Source of the DNA: Dendrobates tinctorius
Lineage: Eukaryota
Direction: 5' to 3'
Length of the DNA stretch: 64,000 bases
NCBI RefSeq assembly: GCF_039654945.1
Contig: NW_027361863.1
Span: 2,604,001-2,668,000, forward strand
The notes beneath the pieces are model-generated. The model was given only the letters and a program-made list of their open reading frames with translations. It did no database searches and was not told the origin of the DNA. Of this stretch, positions 1 to 36,004 are shown in pieces (position 1 is the stretch's first letter; every line of letters starts with the position of its first letter). The translations under genes were made by a program, and so were the position numbers.

Positions 1-306
1 TATCACTGCATCATGTCCTCTTTGCTGCTGCTTTCTAGTAATTTTTTTTATCTCAACCCAGAGCAGGACTCCCAGATACACTGCTCAGTACTGCTGTATA
101 ATGATCCCCATGTTGCTTCTTATCATGTACTACACAGAAACAGGAGAGGAGGAATCCCTCATGCCCCTGCAAGATGTTCAGCTTCTACAGGATGTTATGT
201 CTTTATGATTATGTTACCAGCCTTCAGTTTGAACAATCTGAAATCCATGATCTCATTCATCTCCAAGAAGCAACAAATTATTTTAATAAAAATGAATGTT
301 GCCGAC

Positions 307-26551
<26,245 letters not shown>

Positions 26552-26619
26552 GTTTAGAGGAGGGGAGAGCAGCCCCTTCTGCCGGTAGAGCCTACGAATA
26601 CTGAGCCTCGGGATTATTA

Positions 26620-26780
26620 AATGCCTATATATTCCTCATGTTGAATATCAGAAAACTGTTATCACCCCGTGATTCAGCAGGTTAAAAGTCCCCCGCACCC
26701 ACGGCAGCCTGGAAACTACTGAAGGGACATCTCAGTTCTCGCAGAGACCTATTGGACTATAGTTGGGTTAAATGTTAACC
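26620..26780 (-). promoter_or_regulatory. ABCC2 proximal promoter: TATA-like box, ARE-like GTGATTCAGCA, DR1/HNF4-like site and HNF1-like GGTTAAATGTTAACC
   Basis: TATATA about 26626-26631; GTGATTCAGCA 26669-26679; AGGTTA-A-AAGTCC 26679-26691; GGTTAAATGTTAACC 26766-26780. Motif matches only. Confidence 0.55.
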
Positions 26781-29258
26781 ATTTTCGTAACTGCAGAGTT
26801 TGTCCCAAAGAGTCTTACTAGGCGGATCCCAGTGATATGTGCTCTCAAGTCAGGCGTTATTTTCTTGGAATTGACTTTTTTTTATTATTGTGGATTCTCT
26901 CAGCTCCGACTTCAAGCCAATGGTTCTGATTAATGAAAACCTCAAGACGAAGGATCATCCTGGGGTACACTGGCCTCACATTTTCATGGTCCATATCGTG
27001 ACATTACCCTCATGTTGTGTTTTCCCATTTCCAGAGTCATAACTTTTTTTTTTTTTTTATTTCTCCTTCGAGGTGGCAATTTTAGGGTTTTGAGGTTTTT
27101 GTTTTTTTTTTTCCCCAGGACAAGTTGTATTCTTCAAATGATAAAATTCTGGGGTATATTCAATTTATTGATTAGCTTTTAAAAGCTAACTTTTTTTTTT
27201 TCTAATGTAGGGAAAATGCCACAAGAACACAGATGAAATATACTTTTTCCATTCTTTATCATATGGTAAAAATACCAAGATAACCTTTTTCCTCTGGTTC
27301 ATTTGAGCACAATGAGGGGTTTTTTTATTTTAAATATTTATAAATTATATTTTTTTCCACAATAAAAATATTTTTTGTCAGGAAAATAAATTGCTTTTAA
27401 AGTCCCACATCCCAAAATTCCATAACTTTTTTATTTCCTTTCAAAATTATAGAATGAGTTCATTTTTTTTTTTTTTTTTTTTTTTTTTAGCGAAATAAAG
27501 GTTGAAGTTTGTATTTATATTATTTTGAGTCACATGTTACTGTTTAATTTTTATCTTTTTTTTCTGGCAGGGGGGTGGATGCAAAAAAAACCCCAAACAA
27601 TTTATGTTCATCCCCCCCCCTGCTTATTTTGTAATTAAATTTAATACATCACTTTAGTTATCCAGGACCCAACAATGAATGTGCTGGTCCTCTGGCCAGA
27701 AAGTCCAGGCCTACAAGCTCTGACTATCAAGGCACCACTATACTTCATCCTTAGATCATAGAACAATACAGAAAAGTGTGTAAGGGGCTACACATCAACT
27801 TTGGTTGTGACACAGACCACGTGGTTCAAGATCACTCTTGCCGCAGCTACATCGCTGTAGGTGAATGAGATCACAATGCCACCCCCCCAAGGAACCGTGA
27901 ACGTGACAAGCAAATTTAAAAAAAAAAAAGTTGGTACAAGTCAGATTTATTTGTGAGCCAATTCACCTTTAATATTACAACCTTGTTTCACGCATGCGAT
28001 GCTTATTCAAACTCACTTGTGGCAAGTAACAGGTGCGGGCAAAATGAAAATCACAATAACCCAAATTTAGAAAGATGCAAGCCATAGGAGAGGTTGCACC
28101 AGGGGTCGAAATGCCCACTCACTGTCAAATGAGCCAAGATTTCACTGCTCTGAGACACTTCTTGACGTGGTCCTGCACACAAGGAGTGCCTGCCTGCTGG
28201 TGGGATGACACAAGCTCTTACTATAAGGACTTATTCAGATGTCATTTTCTTGTATGAGAAAAATGATCCAAGTTTCGTCAGTGCTTTTCTTCAGTTTCAT
28301 CAGCATTTGGTCCAAGTTTGATCAGTTTTCTTGGGGGGAGAAAAAATAAAGTTTATCCGTTTCTATTATCAAACAGTCCATGAAAAACTAACAGCATTGT
28401 GGCATTTGAGCGCTGTCCTATCTGTTCACGGACCCATAGACTTGCATTGCCAAGTTTGATTCAACTCTCCGATCAATATCGGGGAAGTCTGTGATTTTAA
28501 GAGAACTTGGTTTAAGAAAAAAAATCTCACATGTGAACAGTCCCCCTAGACTATCACAGGTATGGGTGCAAGCCGTGAAAAACAGAGATAGAGTTCGTAT
28601 GTAAAGAACAGACATCTGAATGAGCTCTTATTAGATGAAGTCGCTACTAGTGATGAGAGCATAGAAGCTAATAACAAACTCAGCTCATGTGTTCCACTCT
28701 GCATAGGCAGCAACAGTATTGAATCATGTGCGTTACAAAAGTGCTGCACTGCGCTCTATCTGCAAAAAGAGTCAGGAACCCATTGGGAGAGCTGACCCAA
28801 ATTTTAAAATGTATTCCTAGAAATATAATAATGCGTTTTTACGCATTATATACTTTTTTTCTAAACCTAAGCCTAACTAAGGCTAGGCTTAGGGTAATAA
28901 AAATGTTACATATAAATAATACAAAAAAACATTGAAAGTATCAGCGTGTAACTTTTTATTTTTAAACGTTCATATTTGGATATCATATATTAAGTAAAAA
29001 GGCAGAAAAAATAAGGGTGAAAGGGTAAAATCTATTTACATAAAAAAAGAAAAAGGAAAAAATATTCAGCCTACCGTACATCAGTGTCCATAAGCGGTCT
29101 GATGCCAGGAGATGTCCAGTGCGGTTCAACTGGCGCTATAAATCCAAAGGAAAAAAAGAGGGGGTCTCCAGCAACAAAATTAGTGAAAAAAGATAAAACT
29201 CACATTTATTAGGAAGGTTTTAAAATCATATTAATAAGCCACCATGACAGGCAAGGCT

Positions 29259-29304
29259 AGCTTACGTGTTTCAGACAGATATTACATGTCCTTAGTCATA
29301 GGCT
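29259..29304 (-). ncRNA. Candidate degenerate type I hammerhead ribozyme (Penelope-like) within inverted repeats
   Basis: Minus strand: AGCCU-AUGACUA-A-GGACA...UGUCU-GAAA-CACGU-A-AGCU; flanked by inverted repeats 29140-29173 and 29325-29357. Confidence 0.4.
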
Positions 29305-30045
29305 GTCTGAATCACTAATTTTGGTGCTGGAGACCCCCTCTTTTTTCCTTTGGATTTCTATTTACATCAGTATTTTCCTAAATAACAATAGATGTGCCCG
29401 GGGATAAGGGCTTCCATGGGTTAGGACTCTACTCAGCCCAGCGTACATGTCTAATTCAATAGTAAGCGTGCAATAAGCCAATTCCAGACCACTAATCTTG
29501 TATGAAACCAAAAGATCAGGCATATTAAAATGGAATATGCCCCACTTTTCTGTTTTTGCCATCTTCTGATGGGTGCAGAGGCAGTTGACCACCTAAGATA
29601 AAGTTAGTTTAGTACTCATGCAAAATCAGCCAACCTACCGTATATCCGATTCTGACAGCCTTCTGTTTTCATGCCCGTGTTCTGCCATGTTTTTCTCAGA
29701 ATTCATAACCATTATAGTCATTATGCAAAAAAGCATCCCCAAAACACTGAGACTTGTCCATTTTTTATCTGAATCATGGCTCGAAACTACATCCATGATC
29801 CACGATAAATTCACAGCAACTGATGGAATCGTAGTGCTCACCAGTTTCACTGCCTGTTCGTTGGGAGAAGCATCAGAAATATTCTCATACGCAAAACATA
29901 ATGAAATTCTGATGGTAAAAAAAAAAAAATGGCAAACCGACCAAACACTGATGAAAATCGTTCCATATCTTGCATATGAGAAAAATCACTTATGTCTGAA
30001 TGAGCCCTTAAGTGTATGGGCACGATTACTTGGTGGCAACCCCTG

Positions 30046-30360
30046 TAGAAGCAACGACCTCTGAAGAAGCAGCAGCTCCTGAAGAAGCGACCCTTTTAGA
30101 AGCAACAACCCCTAAAGAAAGAAGCAACGACCCCTAAAGAAGCAATGACCACTAAAGAAGCAGCGACCCCTAAAGAGGCAGCGACTCCTTTAGAAGCAAC
30201 GACCCCTAAAGAAGCAATGACCACTAAAGAGGCAGCGACTCCTTTAGAAGCAACTACCCCTGAAGAAGCAATGACCCCTAAAGAAGCAGCGACTTCTGAA
30301 GAAGCAGTGACCCCTGAAGAAGCAACAACCCCTAAAAATGCAGTGACCCCTGAAGAAGCA
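30046..30360. repeat. 18-bp minisatellite (GAAGCARCGACCCCTRAA)n
   Basis: About 17 units visible. Confidence 0.9.
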
Positions 30361-31499
30361 CTCTCTATTACATCCACCTGCGATACTTTTAGAAATCTAT
30401 GCTAAAAAGAACATTTATTTGGACTATGAGTATCTTCTTTTTGTAATCAATGTGTTAATTTATACCCAAATATCTATTTTTTTTTACCAATCTCTTTATG
30501 AACTGCATTGCACTGCATATCCAAAAACGCCCAATAAGCGTAAGCAGCGAAATCACGAGATCTGCACTGTCATGCTTTGTCAGGCCAGTAGTCTCTGGTT
30601 ATCGGCATAAACAAGAGGAAGGACCTCGAGGTCCAATGTACAAATAGTCGAATGCAGGTATAACGCTCACCTGTTAATAATTAGAGCGGTAAGGTAATCT
30701 CTCTCATCACTACGTCATAAAGAGCAAGATAACGGGGTGCAAACTTTCACCTGCATCTATCCAGGTGTACACCAATTGCCTTACTTCGAGGAACAATTAT
30801 TTTTTGGATATTAAATAACCCTTCGTGACTTTACAATTTTCCATTTTTGTGCGGTCATTTTTTCCTCCCCCAAGATCCAAAACTTTTCACTTTTCGTCAA
30901 CATGGCATGTGAGGGATTGTTTTTTGTGGGACAAATTATATTTTAAGATATAAGGTACTGAAAAAAAAAAAAAAAATTGCAAGTGGGGTGAAATCTTGAC
31001 ATTAAAGCAAATTTCCCATTTTTTTTTTTTTTTTTTTTTGGGGGGGGGTTATTTTTACGACGTAAAGTAAAAAAAAATGACCTGTAAATAAGATTCTCTA
31101 GGTCATTATAATTACAGCTATATACCAAACTGAATTTATTTTACGTTTTGCCGATGTTTTATTGATATCGTTTTAGGGGATTTAGCAAATTTCAGATTTT
31201 TCTTTTTATTACATTTTTGCATGCAGTGAAGTATCCTAAACAACTATTCTAGCTATTTGCTTTTTTCTTTTGTGGTGTTTAATGTACAGTTTAAATAATT
31301 TTCGATTTCGATAGTTCAAAAAGTAAGAAAACCTTTTTGGTAGAAGTCATGACTAGTGTTGAGCATTCCGATACCGCATGTATTGGGTATCGGCCGATAT
31401 TAGCTGTATCGGGATTCCGATACTGACTTCCGATACTTTTTTCATATCGGATACCGGAATCGGAAGTTCCCATAATGCTATGAGCCCGCTTGCTTTGAT

Positions 31500-31615
31500 T
31501 CAGCCAATGGGAATCCTCAGAAGTGTGGGCACATCCTGTTAGGCATGTAGGCATGTTAACTATTGGCATGGCTGTGATTGGCTGCCGAAATGATGTCATG
31601 ATGCACTATAAAAGC
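31500..31615 (+). promoter_or_regulatory. Candidate internal promoter of the hAT element
   Basis: CCAAT 31504, ATTGG 31562 and 31577, TGATGTCA 31591, TATAAAA 31607-31613 upstream of the transposase. Confidence 0.45.
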
Positions 31616-32613
31616 CGCCGCTATTTCTGGTCACTCTGCTGTGAATTCAGTTAGGGACAGGCTGCTGTTGAAGACTGTGAGGGACAGTTAGAAATAGCGA
31701 TTCTACAAAACATATTGTGCTTTACCCAGGCTACATAAACCACCACTGTAGCTTGCTTTTCCCTAGCAGCAGTGTTCACAGCTGTCTGCAAGGGCTGTGT
31801 GAGTGCAGCTCACGCTGTGTAGTGTGTCCTGCAGCCACGTCTGGTTGTAGGCCGCCCAGCGTGCATCACTGCTGCCTCATACATATTTTTCTTTTTGAGC
31901 TGCTTATTTTTCAAAAATTCTATCTAGTGTGCTTCCATCCGTATCCATATACGTTGGTTGCAAACACTAATAGTAGACAGCGGAGCCTTTCTGCAGCCTT
32001 TCAGTGCTAGTGCCCACTTAGCTGCACTGTTCACGGCTGTCTGAGAGGTCTCTGACTGTGTGAGTGCAGCTCACGCTGAGTAGTGTGTCCTGCAGCTACG
32101 TCTGGTTGTAGGCCGCTCAGCGTGCGTCACTGCCTCACACATATTTTTCTTTAATTGCAGCTCATTTTCTCTTCTCCTATTAGTGTGCATTCATCCGTAT
32201 CCATCTACATTGGGTGGTTGCAAACACTATATAGGAGTAGATAGAGGAGCCTTTTTTCTGGCTTGTGCCCTTCAGCTGCAGCCAGATTAGTATTACCCAA
32301 TTTTTTTGGAGCCTCATCTTTTGCATTGTAGGTTACCTGCCTGCATTGTAATAGCTCCAAAAAGTTGGTGATACTATCACTTTCAAATCTTTGGTCACAT
32401 CCTTTTAGTTTTTTTTCACAAAAAAAAACAATAAAGTTCACCAAACACTACATTTGAAAGTTGTGTCGGCCACATTAGCTCCTATTAAAGTATAGTCCAC
32501 ACACGCACACTTCATAAAATTAGTGTTTCTTCTACCCGTAACCAGCTGTTCAGGAATAAGCACACTAAGCCCCTCCTTTGTACTTTTCTGCCTATCTTTA
32601 TCAGTCTAGCAAG

Positions 32614-35600
32614 ATGAAGAAGGCAGGGAGTAAGGCACGTGGGCGTGGAGTTTCAGCAGGGAGAGGACGTGGGGATTCTGCAGGGAGAGGACGTGGGGAT
32701 TCTGTGCCTGCTGCGGGCACCAGTGAGTCAGCATCCCCCAGTTTTAGCAGGCAACAGTCCTTTATGCGCAGCTTTGTAGGACCTCGCCGTACCCCACTGC
32801 TGCGGGAGGAACAAATTGAAGCCGTTGTCAGATGGATGGCAGCTAAAGCATCAACTTCAATGACTTCCACATCCTCTCAGGGCCAGAGCACTGAAGAGCA
32901 ACCATCTGTCTCTTCACCACCTGCCAAAGTGCCCAGGCAGTCAGAGAGCCCTGGACAGGAGCCATCACAGTCTCTACTTCTGTTCTCTGAATCTGTTGGC
33001 TTGGAAAGAGGGGGCCAGCCAAGCAGCATTCCAGAATGTGAAGAAGAGGGAGTATGCAGTGATGCGCAACTTCTTTGTCCCTCTGAATCTGAAGAGGCGG
33101 GTGGGCCAGTGCCTATGGTCAGCACACCTCAGTATGCATCAGATGATGATGAGACACAGGTGCCACTTTCTGGTGCGTACGGTGCTGGCGAGACAACCCA
33201 GGAGAAGCAGGTGTTTGAAGAGGGGAGTGTAGATGATGAGGTCCTTGACCCATCATGGCGTGAGGAACAGGAAGGTGGTGGGAGCAGCTCTGAGGAAGAG
33301 ATTCCCCGAACGGCCAAAACAGGAGAGAGAGGGAGGGGGCAGACTTGGTTGCCTGTAGCCTCCACTTCGGCACCCGTTAGGAGCATTCCTCTTTCAAAAG
33401 GCAAAACGGGCGCTCCCAAGACTTGCAGTGCGTGGTCCTTTTTTGACACAGTTGCAGATGACATTTGCTTTGTCAAATACAAGCTGTGTCATCAGAGAGT
33501 CAAAAGAGGGAAAAATGTCAGCAACCTCAATACCACTAATATGTGGAAACATGTGCGGACCAAGCAGTGGTGGAGTTACACAGACACACTGAAGACGAAG
33601 GCCAACGTACAGCACCACCTACCACCTCTTCAGCTCATGTTGGGGCCTCTTCCTCCAGCTCACACACAGCTGGTTCGGCTTCCTCACAGGATCGCCAAGG
33701 AAGAACCTCTGGCACTGTTGTCCGGAGACCCTGTGACATTCCACCCACAGCACCACATTCCCAGTCATCCTCACACTCCCAGGCCACTCGACAGCCATCG
33801 GTAGCACAGGCATGGGATAAAAGGCGGCCATACTCGGCAAACCAACCCCGAGCACATGCGCTGAATGCTGGCATTGCCAAACTATTGGCACTTGAAATGC
33901 TCTCATTCAGGCTGGTGGAGACTGACACCTTCCGGGACTTCATGGCATTGGCAGTCCCACAATTCACCGTGCCCAGCCGCTTTTATTTCAGCAGGCGAGC
34001 CGTCCCTGCCCTGCAGAAACATGTGGAGGGAAAAATAAAACATGCGCTACTAAACGCCGTTAGTAGCAAGGTCCACCTGACCACCGATGCGTGGACCAGT
34101 AACCATGGACAGGGACGATACCTTTCCCTCACTGCCCATTGGGTCAATGTTGTGGGGCCGGGTACAGATCTGGAGAGTGGCACTGTACGTGTTCTGCCAA
34201 CTCCAAGGATTGCAGGAATCCAGTCTGTACACATAGACTCCTCCTACTCAAGTTCCTCAGAAACAGCGCAGCAGGATCCTGTTACGATCGATATGAGAAC
34301 AGCCGTGGCCAAACGTCAACAGGCCGTACTCAAATTAATTTCTTTGGGGAATCGAAGCCACACAGCGCAGGAGCTCTGGAATGCCATCAAGCAGGAGAGC
34401 GACGTGTGGTTTGTGACTGAGAATCTCCAGCCGGGCTTGGTAGTGTGTGACAATGGCCGAAATCTGGTGGCAGCTCTTGGCCTAGGCAACCTCACTCACA
34501 TCCCATGTCTGGCACATGTGCTGAACTTGGTCGTGCAGAGCTTTCTGAGGGACTATCTGGATCTTGATGCACTGCTGCACAAGGTCCGCACAGAGTGCGC
34601 TCACTTGCGGCGTTCCAGCACGGCAAGATCGCGCCTTGCTGCTCTGCAGCTCCGATTACGCCTTCCTGAACATCGCATCATATGTGACCTATCCACCAGG
34701 TGGAATTAAACGTTACATATGTTGGAGCGGTTGTGTGAGCAGCAGGCAGCAGTCATGGAGTACCAGCTGCATCAGGCGCAAACAAGTCGCACTGTGCGCC
34801 GGTCACACTTCAGCACCACTGAGAGGGCCTCTATGAAGGACATCTGCCTCGTTTTGCGTGCCTTCGATGATTCCATGCGGATGGCGAGTGCAGATGATGC
34901 ACTAGTCAGCATGACTGTCCCCCTTATCTGCCTGCTTCAAAAAACACTGCAAGCACTAAGGGATGAGGTTTTGGAAGAGGTGGAGGATGAGGAGTCCCAA
35001 ATGCCATCTGCTTCTGGACAGTTTGCGCTACGTGGTTCCTCACAAAGGCCTAGGCAGGGGACACTTTGTGAGGAGGATGAGGAGGAGTCGATGGAGGAGG
35101 AAGACATCTCTCCAGAGGAGGGAGGTACACAAAGCTCTAGTCAGTATGTACAGCGAGGGTGGGGTGATGCAGAGCAGGCAGAGATCACGCCTCAAGCAGG
35201 GGACAGCGGTTCTTTGGCAGTTGGGAGTCTGCAGCACAAGATTGATTTCATGCTGCAGTGCCTGAGAAATGACCGCCGCATCGCCCACATTCTCTACACG
35301 GTTGATTATTGGGTATACACCCTCCTAGATCCTCGCTACTGGGACAACTTACAAAGCCTCATACCAACGTTGAACCGGGAGCGTAAACTGCGGGAGTACC
35401 AAGACACACTGGTGCAGTCCATCAGGTTTTCCATTCCACCCGACAGCAGTGGTGCTAGTGCTTTACAAAGCAGCTCTGTGCATCGAGGCAGTGTAGGAAA
35501 CTCGGCACAAAGAGGGAGCAGAGGCAGCGCCTCAGTACAAGGCAAGACCACTATGGCCCAAATGTGGCAAAGTTTTGTGTGTCCGCCACAATTGTCTACA

Positions 35601-35936
35601 CCATCACAGATGGCTCCAGTCAGCAGGAGGCAAGGTTTCCGTCAGATGGTGATAGACTACATGTCTTGCCCTGTCAGTGTACTCCCAGATGGCTCTTCCC
35701 CCTTCAAGTTTTGGGGCTCTAAGCTGGATACATGGCCAGAGCTTAGCCAGTATGCATTGGAGGTGCTGGCTCGCCCTGCTGCCAGTGTATTATCGGAACG
35801 AGTCTTTAGTGCCGCAGGTGGTGTCCTAACAGACCGTCGCACGCGACTATCTTCTGATAACGTCGACCGGCTTACTTTTCTGAAAATGAACAAGGCCTGG
35901 ATCTCTCCAGAATTTGCCAGTCCTCTTCCCGACTAA
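32614..35936 (+). pseudogene. Disrupted hAT transposase (BED zinc finger, DDE/RNase H-like core, C-terminal dimerization domain)
   Basis: AWSFF...YKLC...MWKHVRTK BED remnant, LTTDAW, VCDNGRN, CLAHVLNL, TRWN, SVLSERVFS. Frameshift about 33565 and stop TAA at 34707-34709. Confidence 0.92.
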
Positions 35937-36004
35937 ATAATTGGTTGGCAACTGTATCCAGGTCTCCTGTTGTGTTCATGTTTCTACCACCTGAACTATA
36001 ATCC

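Noticed and set aside
28270-28296. Second hammerhead-like core (CTGAAGA...GAAAC on the minus strand)
   Set aside because: No stem II pairing between the core motifs, and it lies within a MITE.
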